Assembly (NCBI GenBank): GCA_037380725.1
Contig: JARRRL010000023.1
Coordinates: forward strand, 1 to 60,257
DNA: 60,257 nt
Direction: 5' to 3'
Origin: Gammaproteobacteria bacterium
GTDB lineage: Bacteria; Pseudomonadota; Gammaproteobacteria; Pseudomonadales; JANQJO01
The position numbers and the translations under genes are program-made. Below the pieces are notes generated by a model that was given only the letters and a program-made list of their open reading frames with translations, ran no database searches and had not been told where the DNA came from. Position 1 is the first letter of the stretch. Each line of letters opens with the position of its first letter. Below are positions 1 to 9,387 of this stretch, one piece after another.

Positions 1-1979
1 GTGAGCGAACCACCGTCATAATCGCCATTACTACCATTCAGCGCATCCAGTTCGGTATCGCTGGCGGTGGCGTCGCCTCCAGAATCCAGGGTGACCGTGC
101 TGCCAATGCCCGCCCAAGCAACCGAGTCACTGTCCAGGTTGGCGAGAGCCGGTGCGTTATTGACCAGCGAGGTAAGGGTACTGCTGTTGACGGTGGTCAA
201 ACCACCGGACGTGGCTTTCAGCGCGATGCTCTCACTGGCCCCGGAATTGGTGTATTGCAGTGCCAGACCGGTAAAGGTAGCGGCACCGGAACTGGGCGAG
301 AGCGTGACAGTGGTGCCATCTCCATCTAAGTCCCCGGTCCCAGACATACTGTTCACTGTACCGTCGACGGTGCCGTCGCTCGGGTCCGTTACCTCGAGTA
401 CGATATTGGTGCTGTAGCCGGTGTCCAAAATGTCGTTGGCGTCCACGGCTTGAATTACCGGGTCGGTGGTGAAATCCGTCGAGGAGCCGCTGTCGATCGT
501 GGTTGGCACGGGCTGGGTATCAAACGCCAACTTGGTGGCGACGACATCGGAGGTCAACGAGCCAGAGGTGATTGTGGCAAACGCACCGCTGTCGGCATCG
601 AGAACATAACTCTCGCCATCGGCGGTGGCGGTATAGGTGACACTGTTGAAGGTGGCCACGCCGGAACTGGCGGCGACCGTGGTCGTACCACTGAGCGATC
701 CAGCGCCGCTGTTTTTGGAGACGACGACGTTGGACGAATAATCGACATCCGTATTGCCTGCCGCATCCTGGGCCGTGACCGCAAAGGAGGTCATAGCGCT
801 GCCGGAGGTATCGCCAGAGGTCGGCGTTGTGGTGAAAGCAATTTTACTGGCGCTCACCGTCGTCGCCATATTGCCCGTGGCGACGGCGGCATTGGCGCCA
901 CTCATCTGAGTCTTGGCGCCGTCCACAGTCAGGTCGGTATCACCATCAATAGAAATTGTTACCGTCTGATTGTCGGTAATGCCGGTGTTGTCGTTCCAAT
1001 AAGCGGACACCGTACAGGTGCTATTGCCACCATCGGTCACCGAAATACCTGTGGAGGTAAAGCTGACCGTCGAACCGGAGGGCGCGATATCCGACTTGGT
1101 CGCACAGCCGGAGAGACCGAAGCGGAGTTTGGAGAAGTTGGCCGAGGCAGTGCCACCCAAGGTCAGATCGATCTGGCTGACGTCGAGAGTCAGCCCATCA
1201 CCGCCACCGCCGTCAACAAGGGTGAAATCGAAGACATTGATTTTGTTCCCTGAACCGGATGCCGTGGTGGGAAGATTGATCGGCTCTGTAACCCCGCCTG
1301 CGGCGATCAGGGTGCCGTCGCTGTTGTTGCTGGCTGTAGCATCATCAACGACAATATTTGCTATCGCAAACCGAGCATCATACTTGATGGAGTTAGACGG
1401 GTTGTCATAAGGAAATTCAATGGTAACTGCATCAACGTTTTGCCATAATGCACTGTTGAAATTAGAAGCTCTGGTTAGGGTGAACACATCACCAACCCCT
1501 CCATCAGGAGGAGTTATCGTCGCGGTGACCGTCTGTGAGCCATTCGAATAGCCGGTTAGTATAATAGAATGGTGACCTAACGTTTGAACCACCTGATAGA
1601 ACGTCACTGCATCAAAACTGAAATTGGTCCCGGCTACCTCATACAGTTTTACGCCTCTGCTCGGATCAGCGTAATAGACATTATTTAATAGGGTACTAGA
1701 AATTGTCCCGTTACCAGGTGAGAAAAACCAATCATCAAAATCCGTAAACGTGCTAGCAGTACCCGCATCCAGTACAAAGGTGAGATCGCCTGCCGTATCA
1801 AGGCTAACATTTGCAATACCATTAGCACCATCTCTAACATCGCTTAAGCTACCAGATCCGGCGGTGTAATCTATCGTCTTTTGTGCCGCCCAGACATCGA
1901 CTGAAAATAGCGATACGACGAATAATGCCGCTATAGCAAGTATATTTGCTGCCATACTTTCAATCGTATTTGACTTCAT
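1..1979 (-). CDS. large secreted repetitive surface protein (Ig-like-repeat adhesin type), N-terminal part only; runs off the left edge
   Basis: My own reverse-complement translation. ATG at 1979 (GGAG 7 nt upstream) gives MKSNTIESMAANILAIAALFVVSLFSVDVWA/AQ, a signal peptide. The frame stays open to position 1; I assume it is missing from the ORF track because it has no stop in the window. T/S/G/D/V-rich repeated segments, e.g. SGAGSLSGTTTVAASSGVATFNSVTYTATADGESYVLDA. Confidence 0.6.
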   Translation of the reverse strand, partial: MKSNTIESMAANILAIAALFVVSLFSVDVWAAQKTIDYTAGSGSLSDVRDGANGIANVSLDTAGDLTFVLDAGTASTFTDFDDWFFSPGNGTISSTLLNNVYYADPSRGVKLYEVAGTNFSFDAVTFYQVVQTLGHHSIILTGYSNGSQTVTATITPPDGGVGDVFTLTRASNFNSALWQNVDAVTIEFPYDNPSNSIKYDARFAIANIVVDDATASNNSDGTLIAAGGVTEPINLPTTASGSGNKINVFDFTLVDGGGGDGLTLDVSQIDLTLGGTASANFSKLRFGLSGCATKSDIAPSGSTVSFTSTGISVTDGGNSTCTVSAYWNDNTGITDNQTVTISIDGDTDLTVDGAKTQMSGANAAVATGNMATTVSASKIAFTTTPTSGDTSGSAMTSFAVTAQDAAGNTDVDYSSNVVVSKNSGAGSLSGTTTVAASSGVATFNSVTYTATADGESYVLDADSGAFATITSGSLTSDVVATKLAFDTQPVPTTIDSGSSTDFTTDPVIQAVDANDILDTGYSTNIVLEVTDPSDGTVDGTVNSMSGTGDLDGDGTTVTLSPSSGAATFTGLALQYTNSGASESIALKATSGGLTTVNSSTLTSLVNNAPALANLDSDSVAWAGIGSTVTLDSGGDATASDTELDALNGSNGDYDGGSL

Positions 1980-2110
1980 TTTCTTTGCTCCAATCGACAA
2001 AGATGCTTTACATGATCAACAAAAGCCATTACACGCCTAAGCAAGAACAAATTGGCTTTGATTGGCTCATTTTCACGAACCAAGCAAAGCCTACAACAGC
2101 ATCATTAAGG

Positions 2111-2719
2111 TTAATCGCGTGGCGGATAGACACCTCGCATCGAGATAAGCCAATTGAGAGGCATAACCGGATTAAGAATACTAATCGGTTTAGACATACC
2201 AGTATCTTCAACCACAACCGTGCCTCTCACGACGCCACCCGAAACGGTTAATCCTAAAATTTCCGTCAAACTGGTAGGTTGAAATCCACCGGGCTTGAAA
2301 TAGCTTGCGCTGCTATTCGCCCCAAGATAGGTCGACGTATCAGGCTCGTTAGCATTCGCTGGATTATTCGCTACTTCCAAAGTAGCACTCACGTCGCCAC
2401 CACTAGGCACAAAAGTGGCTTCATGCGTATGTGACGGCAATTGGCTTTTCGTCAAGGTGACCTGCTCAAACCCCATTTCAAAACCTTGTTTATAATCCAT
2501 ACCGCCAGGCCTGCTCCCTTGACCAACGGGACTACGCCCACGCATATCAGGCAACCCAAAAACCGTGCGAGCATCGCCGCCATACATGGCGCCCAACAAT
2601 GAAAACAAAGCTGGATTATCATTAACAGATTCTAATTGACCGAGACACATTGCCCAATTCTCAATGGTGAACGTCCCGCCAAATACCGTCATTGTTCCAA
2701 GATAAGGATCAACAGCCAT
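2111..2719 (-). CDS. phage tail collar domain (MdpB-like) protein, copy 2
   Basis: 202 aa. N-terminus MAVDPYLGTMTVFGGTFTIENWAMCLGQ...NPALFSLLGAMYGGDARTVFGLPDMRGRSP...LPSHTHEA and C-terminus ILNPVMPLNWLISMRGVYPPR match the collar-domain family pattern. RBS AAGGAA upstream. Confidence 0.85.
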   Translation of the reverse strand: MAVDPYLGTMTVFGGTFTIENWAMCLGQLESVNDNPALFSLLGAMYGGDARTVFGLPDMRGRSPVGQGSRPGGMDYKQGFEMGFEQVTLTKSQLPSHTHEATFVPSGGDVSATLEVANNPANANEPDTSTYLGANSSASYFKPGGFQPTSLTEILGLTVSGGVVRGTVVVEDTGMSKPISILNPVMPLNWLISMRGVYPPRD

Positions 2720-2804
2720 ACTATTTCCTTTTCGTTTGTAAAATTACTTAAGTTGTGTGCATACTGGAGTCACCTCCTGCGCACCTGAGGAAGGGTGACT
2801 GCAA

Positions 2805-2857
2805 GATAGAAACCCACATCTTAGACAAATTGATTACTGATTATGATCTTGATTTTT
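2805..2857 (-). pseudogene. remnant of the 5' end of a second copy of the 3646-4143 gene (start codon lost, in-frame stop)
   Basis: 2829-2857 matches 4113-4141 at 27/29 nt and 2805-2820 equals 4089-4104. Translates KIKIIISNQFV*DVGFY versus MKIKITISNQYAYDVGFY. Confidence 0.7.
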
Positions 2858-2875
2858 AACGCACCACTTCAACCT

Positions 2876-2901
2876 GATTGGCTCGACTTCTCGAGCCAAT
2901 C
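2876..2901. other. perfect 11-bp stem / 4-nt loop hairpin 20 nt downstream of collar copy 1
   Basis: gattggctcga-cttc-tcgagccaatc. No U-tract follows on the minus strand, so it is not a canonical intrinsic terminator. Confidence 0.5.
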
Positions 2902-2921
2902 AACTCGCAGAATAACCACCA

Positions 2922-3530
2922 TTAGGCACGCGGAGGATATGCCCCCGCAGTCGCAATCAACCAGTTAATGGGGAGAACCGGGTTCAGAATTGGAATGGGC
3001 ACAGAGGATCCTGTTCTATCAACGGTCACTACCCCTCCTCCGCCACCACCAGAAACTGTTAACCCAGAAATTTCAACCAAATTCGGTCCGCCAAAACTAG
3101 GCGTGTAAAAGCTATCACTGCTATTGACGCCGAGATAGGTATCAGAGGATGGAACTGCAGTATTGGCAGGATTTGTTGCCACTTCGAGCTTACCACTCAC
3201 TCCACTGCCACCAACTGGCGTGAAAGTCGCGTTATGCGTGTGAGATGGTAAATGAGCCACATCCAAGGTGATGTGTTCAACCCCCATTTTTAAACCTTGT
3301 TGATACTCCATACCACCTGGTAGTATACCGTGACCCACGGGACTGCGCCCGCGCATATCGGGTAAACCATAGGTGGTGCGCGCATCCCCACCATAGAGGG
3401 TGCCCAATAGTGAATACAAAGCCGTATTTTCACTGATCGCTTGTATTTGCCCAAGACACATTGCCCAATGTTCAATGGTGAACACCCCGCCAAATACCGT
3501 CATTGTGCCAAGAAAAGGTTCAGTAGCCAT
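2922..3530 (-). CDS. phage tail collar domain (MdpB-like) protein, copy 1
   Basis: 202 aa, paralog of 2111-2719 (MATEPFLGTMTVFGGVFTIEHWAMCLGQ...LPSHTHNA...ILNPVLPINWLIATAGAYPPR). RBS GGAAGGA. Confidence 0.85.
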   Translation of the reverse strand: MATEPFLGTMTVFGGVFTIEHWAMCLGQIQAISENTALYSLLGTLYGGDARTTYGLPDMRGRSPVGHGILPGGMEYQQGLKMGVEHITLDVAHLPSHTHNATFTPVGGSGVSGKLEVATNPANTAVPSSDTYLGVNSSDSFYTPSFGGPNLVEISGLTVSGGGGGGVVTVDRTGSSVPIPILNPVLPINWLIATAGAYPPRA

Positions 3531-3645
3531 GCTGTTTCCTTCCGTTTATTAGGTTAACCAAATTGCGTTCATACTGGATACTGCATCAAATGAAAACCAA
3601 GCATAAACTCGTGAAGAAATGTCACTGCTGACACGTCAAAACACA

Positions 3646-4143
3646 TTACTTCTGCTGCGAGCCCTCCTCCTGAGTACCTTCGGGAAGAGAACGACAAGAG
3701 ACCGGTGGAATAAAAAACTCGGGCAATGAAACACGCCGAGCCTCACCCGATAAAACCTTATCCAGACAGACTGTACCGACATCGTTGATGCGCAACTCCA
3801 TTTCAGCAGCGTCATCAGCAGTAGGAAAGCGCCAATATATCTCGGTGGTTTTATAGCGTAACAACGCCATTTGCTCGTATTGATCGAAATCACTCGGGTT
3901 TTCACAGAATCTGTCGTGACAGTTCTCAAGCTTTTGCTTACCTAAAAACTGCACCAGCAAACTCCCCATTCCGGGAATATCCAGGATACTGCACTCACCA
4001 CTGTCGACCGTGAATGCGCCTTGGCCTTCCAGGCGTGAGATACGCTCACAATGACTGTTGGCATCCGGATACAGACCATCACCGAACGGATAGAAACCCA
4101 CATCATAAGCATATTGATTACTGATTGTGATCTTGATTTTCAT
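3646..4143 (-). CDS. hypothetical Cys-containing protein (165 aa), family not recognised
   Basis: Clean ORF in operon position between the formyltransferase and the collar genes. I recognise no motif. Confidence 0.55.
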   Translation of the reverse strand: MKIKITISNQYAYDVGFYPFGDGLYPDANSHCERISRLEGQGAFTVDSGECSILDIPGMGSLLVQFLGKQKLENCHDRFCENPSDFDQYEQMALLRYKTTEIYWRFPTADDAAEMELRINDVGTVCLDKVLSGEARRVSLPEFFIPPVSCRSLPEGTQEEGSQQK

Positions 4144-4213
4144 GGCTCTCTCTCTTCTGGGTTGAAATAGCGGTTTTTAAAAAAATTGGGCTTCAAACAG
4201 ATTGCACCTTCGA

Positions 4214-5164
4214 TTATCCGAACCTCGACTCCTGGCCATTAAGTTCCAGTCCCGGCTCCACACCAAACAACACCGCAAACCGATAACCATCGAATATCCC
4301 TTCCGGGGTTGAGATCACATCAAGTCGAATGGCACCATCGAGCGTTTTTACGACAAGCCCAGATTCCAAACTGAGTGACAAAATAGTCCCTGGCCGCAAC
4401 CCCAAAACAGCATTGTCCACAGCCGTGGCTTGCAACACATTAAAACAGCCTTTCGGTGTTTTAAGCAGCGCGCCGCCCAAATTGGGATTGCCTGCACGAA
4501 TCAGATCAACCAATTGTTTGCTGCTCTGTTGCTGCCAATGTATCACCACATCTTCTTGCTGAATGGACGGTGCCAAGGCTGGATCAGATTTGATGGACTG
4601 TGGTTGCCAGTCCACAGACGATTCATCACGTTTTACACTAAATTCCTGCATCAGTTGCGGTACCGCTCTCGACACCTTTACAGACAAGCTCTGCAGTGTG
4701 TCAAAAGGGTGAACGGGCAAGACCAATTGACTGCCAATCGGACCTGCATCGGGCTGATCCGTCACTTGATGCAAGGTTAAACACACTTGCATTTCGCCGT
4801 TTCGTAATTGCCAATACAGCGGAAACGGCCCCCGATAATCTGGAAGCGCGGAAGGATGCAGGTTATAGAGACGTTGCTGAAAATAATCAATGACGTCATT
4901 GCAGAGAATATGCCGATACAAATAAATAAAGCCAGACGTCGCTTGAAAGCCATCCAAATGGGTCAATAATCGGTGTGGCTCTTGACGTTCATACCGACAG
5001 AGGGGTAATTGACGTTGCTGCAAATACCCCACCAGCTGATTCAGATCAGGATTCGGCTCGGCATCGACCAATACCACACAGGCCAATTGATCTGTCTGAG
5101 CCAAATACTCGATCGCCGGCAACGCCAAACAACTGCCGGTAAAAAAAGCGTAGCGCTGTTTCAT
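4214..5164 (-). CDS. formyltransferase family protein (Fmt/PurN-like N- and C-domains)
   Basis: LYNLHPSALPDYRGPFPLYWQLRNGE resembles the NxHxSLLPxxRG catalytic motif of formyltransferases. Start chosen at the MKQRYAFF ATG (5164) with GGAAGGA RBS; the ORF extends to 5194. Confidence 0.75.
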   Translation of the reverse strand: MKQRYAFFTGSCLALPAIEYLAQTDQLACVVLVDAEPNPDLNQLVGYLQQRQLPLCRYERQEPHRLLTHLDGFQATSGFIYLYRHILCNDVIDYFQQRLYNLHPSALPDYRGPFPLYWQLRNGEMQVCLTLHQVTDQPDAGPIGSQLVLPVHPFDTLQSLSVKVSRAVPQLMQEFSVKRDESSVDWQPQSIKSDPALAPSIQQEDVVIHWQQQSSKQLVDLIRAGNPNLGGALLKTPKGCFNVLQATAVDNAVLGLRPGTILSLSLESGLVVKTLDGAIRLDVISTPEGIFDGYRFAVLFGVEPGLELNGQESRFG

Positions 5165-5196
5165 GATGTTTCCTTCCATCGCACAACGTTTCATGA

Positions 5197-6447
5197 CTAC
5201 ACCCGATCAACTTTTACCGGCACAAAACCTGGTAAACCCGTTAATTGATAATAGAAACGAATATAATCCCCACTGTGAACAACAACGTTCTGGGGTAATG
5301 GAGATTTGGGCTTAACATCAACATAAAAAGTCATATCCGGTCTGGGATGGGTAATGCCCGAGTCATATTGATCAACGGTCTCGCCCTCAAACACCTCGAT
5401 ATGAGCATAAATGGCAAGAATGCGCGACGCGATGTCAGCAATACCCGTCGGAATTTGTACGGTATTCCCCTCAATCACATGAACACCGTCCGCCAGACGG
5501 ATCTCCTGCAAGGTGGGCAACGTGGATTGACTAATTTTCAGTAATTCACCCAACTCAACTCGCTGTGATTGAGCACAGGGATCCAGGTATTGGGAGTGAG
5601 CGAAGTCAGCCTCTTTCCATTGACGGTTAAATTCGGTTTCACCATCCACCAAAATGCCGCGAACCGAAATACTTTGCGGTAACATCAAGCCCGACTGCGA
5701 TAAAAATTGGCTCAGATGTTTGCTCATGCTAAACTGGCCTTCCTTGGAAAAACCATGTTGCATGGCCTCAATGATCAGCAGATCGATTTCGCCCGAGGGC
5801 CAAAATTGCGTCGCATCCGCTTCCACAACATTTTGAATGAAATCGCCGATACCCAGATCGGCAATCAACTGCCGCAACGACAGAATCGCGCCCGGCTGAA
5901 TATCAATTAACGTGACCTGTATTTGTTCGCTGGTGTAGCACGCGCGCTGCTTATAATAATTCAAGAGAGGCAGCAACAACGGGGCAAATGGACCACAGGC
6001 GGGATACAGTATGTGAACGTTAGACTGCTCTTCCAAAAGATTTCGAATCGCTTTGTCTATCCCACGAGCAAAACCTTTAATACGATAAATATCTTTAATC
6101 GTGGTACGACAATTCAGCGGTGACATGATCAACCCAGTACCTGAAATGTACTGCCTGGTCAATAACGCTTGCGATAAGCCCGCTTTGCTCATGCTCAGCA
6201 CGGCCTGCTCGTACATCTGGGTGAAAAGGTTATCTAAAACCGGGTGGGAAACTTCGCGATCAGTCAGCACGGCTTCCATCGCCTGGGTAAAGCTCTGCTG
6301 CAACTTTTGGCACTGCTCTGTCTTGGTCAGCGCTCCTTGAGTTACGGATTGCAGCAGGTTTCGTATCGTATGCTTGAGCAAATCATCGACTATTGACTCA
6401 GTAAAAGCGGTATACGACGGAGCCTGAGTGTTATTCCTATTCTCCAT
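5197..6447 (-). CDS. putative class I SAM-dependent methyltransferase (PRMT-like fold guess)
   Basis: HILYPACGPFAPLLLP resembles a motif-I Gly-rich loop, followed by an acidic DIQP and a C-terminal beta-rich region. Start at MENRNN (6447, GAAGG RBS); the ORF extends to 6516. The family call is tentative. Confidence 0.45.
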   Translation of the reverse strand: MENRNNTQAPSYTAFTESIVDDLLKHTIRNLLQSVTQGALTKTEQCQKLQQSFTQAMEAVLTDREVSHPVLDNLFTQMYEQAVLSMSKAGLSQALLTRQYISGTGLIMSPLNCRTTIKDIYRIKGFARGIDKAIRNLLEEQSNVHILYPACGPFAPLLLPLLNYYKQRACYTSEQIQVTLIDIQPGAILSLRQLIADLGIGDFIQNVVEADATQFWPSGEIDLLIIEAMQHGFSKEGQFSMSKHLSQFLSQSGLMLPQSISVRGILVDGETEFNRQWKEADFAHSQYLDPCAQSQRVELGELLKISQSTLPTLQEIRLADGVHVIEGNTVQIPTGIADIASRILAIYAHIEVFEGETVDQYDSGITHPRPDMTFYVDVKPKSPLPQNVVVHSGDYIRFYYQLTGLPGFVPVKVDRV

Positions 6448-7065
6448 TTTAATGCCTTCTATGTCAGGTTCTAGGACAGAACAATTACCATCAACTACCT
6501 GATTTCGATGCGCCATGAGACAAACAAACTCCTAGTTTGCTTTTTCACGCACCCTACCTAAGGGAAGACCAAAATCTGTGACAGATCAAACAAATCTACA
6601 CAAGGAATCACAAATACTTTCATAATACTGGCAAGGTTTTTGATTGCTAGACTGCTCTCTCGGTCGTAATGGCATAATAATGCAGCTGAACTTAAGAGAT
6701 TCGTATTCCAAACCAAGCGCGACCCCCTGAAAGCCACCAGAAAATCCGTAAAGAGGTATACGAAACAGAGACCGCCGTTTGGTGTCAGATACGTGGCATC
6801 TATAAAAGACAAAACGAATAAAAAGCAATAGACGACAAAATACTGACCCATTCCCGAAAACGGAGATAAAGACGAAGAATTAATCAATTGAAAAATCAAT
6901 CATAGATTTTCAAATAAAAATAGAGAAAAAAACCGCATTGGTTTCCTATTGCAGGCTTTGTTCAAGTTGACGAATTGTTCTGGAGAAAGCCACCAACTAT
7001 ACTGCCGCTGGCTCCCCAGTACCAAAAGCCAAAGACCAAAAACCAAAGACTGAAAGCCAAAGGCC

Positions 7066-7097
7066 ATGACCTAGGAACAACATGATCTAGGAACAAC
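7066..7097. repeat. tandem repeat, 2 x 16 bp
   Basis: atgacctaggaacaac / atgatctaggaacaac directly upstream of the 7118 ATG. Preceded by a degenerate ccaaag-rich stretch at 7021-7065. Confidence 0.9.
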
Positions 7098-7117
7098 AGC
7101 ACCATTAAGGAGAATGC

Positions 7118-8620
7118 ATGAATCGTTCACCACGAAATCGTTCAGCCGCGATACGCAGTCGTTTAGCCAGCTCGTTGGATTTACTGCATGCGCTAAAACG
7201 CTCACAGGATAGCGCCACAGCAACGGTCGCCAATCGCGCCTACGAAACCGAAAGGACTGACGAAACCTTACCGCCACAATCCCCCCCTTTTCTGGCCGAT
7301 CTTCCGCCGGTCGGTGCCGAGTATATCCCGCAACAGCATGCAACGAAAACGCTGAAAACCATCATTGACGAAAACTATTACGCGACCAATTTCGAGGAAG
7401 CCATCAAGATCGTTAGCGCTCAAAAAATTCCGGAGCTGGATCGCATCAAAACGCTAAACCAATTTTACTACTACGTCGACGCGCTGGTCACCTGGATACC
7501 CGAAATACGTGTTTGGAAATGGGATGGTGAAACACTGCACGAACGCACGGTGTACCTACGCATTACGCAATTTTATTACTACTTCAACCAGCCCCAACTG
7601 GAAGCCCTGCAAAGCCCCATTGCGCCAATAGAAGAAGACAGGCTATCGCCTCTCTCCAACTGGCTCCGAGCGTTTGCAGTTGAATGGGGCAATTTTTTGG
7701 ACACCCCAGCTTCAAAGCAATACTTGGAAAGTTTTAAATACGCACCCGAATACGCCTGGCAGGATTACGAAAAAGAGCCTCAGGACTACGAAACCTTCAA
7801 CGCCTATTTTGCCCGACAGTTCAAAGATATCGATGTGCAACGCCCCGTCGCCAGCGAGAACGATGACCGCGTGGTGGTGTTCCCGGCGGAATCCACGTTT
7901 GTGGGCCAATGGCCAGTGAGCACACCCGTTGGCGAACCACTGCCCGCCGCACCGTCTATTGTGGTCAAAAACATCGAATGGTCTATTGCCGAATTATTAA
8001 AAGACTCTGAATACGCCGCAGACTTTGAAGGCGGTATTTTTTGTCACAGTTTCCTCAACACCTACGATTACCACCGTCAACACACACCCGTCGCCGGAAA
8101 AGTATTGGAGGCTAAATTCATACCGGGTCAAGTTTACCTGCAGGTCGATTTGCAAGAACAAGACGAATCAGATGAAAATGGCAACGTTGCGCGCGCCGTT
8201 ATTCCGCAACGCTACCTGAACGCTGAAGATCCCACTGGCTATCAATTCGTTCAATGCCGTGGCTTACTGGTCTTGGACTCCGCCATTGGTAAAGTGGCTG
8301 TTTTGCCCATGGGGATGGCGCAAGTGTCTTCCGTTGTTTTCGTTACGCCCAAAGATGAAGGCCACAAGCCCATCACACTCAGCCCAGCGGAAACCCGCGA
8401 GCTCAGTTATCACGAGCAGGTTGTCCGCGTAAATCAAAAAATTAACCAAGAATTAGTCGGAAAAACACTCAAAAAAGGAGAAATGTTCTCTTACTTTCAA
8501 TTCGGCGGCTCAGACTGTGTTGTTGTCTTTGAGCGCAAAGCCAACGTGAACGTAAGCGCCCAAGTCAACACCCACTACCCGATCCGTTCTCAATACGCAT
8601 TTGCGAATGTGAATCAGTAG
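7118..8620 (+). CDS. phosphatidylserine decarboxylase-family protein with long N-terminal associated domain
   Basis: 500 aa. FCHSFLNTYDYHRQHTPVAGKV... and the C-terminal YFQFGGSDCVVVFE (G-S autocleavage-type motif) are typical of PSD-family pyruvoyl enzymes. Much longer than canonical Psd. Confidence 0.75.
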   Translation: MNRSPRNRSAAIRSRLASSLDLLHALKRSQDSATATVANRAYETERTDETLPPQSPPFLADLPPVGAEYIPQQHATKTLKTIIDENYYATNFEEAIKIVSAQKIPELDRIKTLNQFYYYVDALVTWIPEIRVWKWDGETLHERTVYLRITQFYYYFNQPQLEALQSPIAPIEEDRLSPLSNWLRAFAVEWGNFLDTPASKQYLESFKYAPEYAWQDYEKEPQDYETFNAYFARQFKDIDVQRPVASENDDRVVVFPAESTFVGQWPVSTPVGEPLPAAPSIVVKNIEWSIAELLKDSEYAADFEGGIFCHSFLNTYDYHRQHTPVAGKVLEAKFIPGQVYLQVDLQEQDESDENGNVARAVIPQRYLNAEDPTGYQFVQCRGLLVLDSAIGKVAVLPMGMAQVSSVVFVTPKDEGHKPITLSPAETRELSYHEQVVRVNQKINQELVGKTLKKGEMFSYFQFGGSDCVVVFERKANVNVSAQVNTHYPIRSQYAFANVNQ

Positions 8621-8996
8621 ATTACTATCAATATCGTTATCGATAACAGCGTCGATAAGGCATTCATTACGTTTATTTCACAGGGCTCGTCCGTCGTTTC
8701 CACGCGTCGAGCCCTCACGAGTATTGCGTGCCAGGTTAAGCATGTTTTGCAAACAAAATTGAGCTTTACCATTACATTAAAATAGCCGACGCGCGAGACG
8801 CGCCGCGTAAGGCAAATAGCAACAAACCGCCACACGCTTCCCTGCTCCTTCCACCACACACCCCTACACGCTGCACCAATTCCCGCCTATACTCACAACA
8901 GAGTTTATGCTGTTCCCGCTGTCATTATGGGTCGTTATGAATCGCTCAAATCGCCATGGCAAACCACTCCCCTTACAATACGAGAGTAACGCACTG

Positions 8997-9341
8997 ATGA
9001 AAAACGTGTTCTGTGCACTGCTGTTCTTAAGTCTCCCCCTACACACCTTGTTGGCTGACACCATGACGGCCACCCCTAATCTCGCCAACAACCTGGAAAC
9101 ACAAAACCAACAACTCAATGCCTTGAAACATCAAGTGAAGACGAAAGAAGCGGCACTGAAAGACAGTGAAACAACGCTCCAAACCCAAAGCCATACTTTA
9201 AATTGCCTCTCGGATTTACTCGCCGCCTACAGTCACTGCAACAAGCAATTCAATCCCGTCGACGCGCAACAACAATTGCAAGGTTGCATGGTCGAAGCAC
9301 GCAAGCAAAACAGCGCATGCGCCAACGACTTACCCTCTTAG
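8997..9341 (+). CDS. small secreted coiled-coil protein, unknown function
   Basis: MKNVFCALLFLSLPLHTLLA/DT signal peptide at the internal ATG 8997 of ORF 8907-9341. Q-rich helical region, 4 Cys. Confidence 0.45.
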   Translation: MKNVFCALLFLSLPLHTLLADTMTATPNLANNLETQNQQLNALKHQVKTKEAALKDSETTLQTQSHTLNCLSDLLAAYSHCNKQFNPVDAQQQLQGCMVEARKQNSACANDLPS

Positions 9342-9387
9342 TATTGGCCACTCAAAGCGGCCTCCACACAGACGGACTTCCGTAAGC

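Noticed and set aside
67-1410. Plus-strand ORFs 67-417, 450-1253 and 1018-1410 (G/R/T/V-rich translations).
   Set aside because: They lie antisense to, or out of frame with, the much longer minus-strand ORF that has a signal peptide and an RBS. Their composition is what the complement of a T/S/G/D/V-rich repeat gene would produce.
6558-6899. Minus-strand ORFs of 113 and 80 aa in the AT-rich region upstream of the collar operon.
   Set aside because: No RBS, low-complexity hydrophobic translation typical of AT-rich non-coding DNA, and two overlapping frames equally open. I treat the region as promoter or leader DNA.
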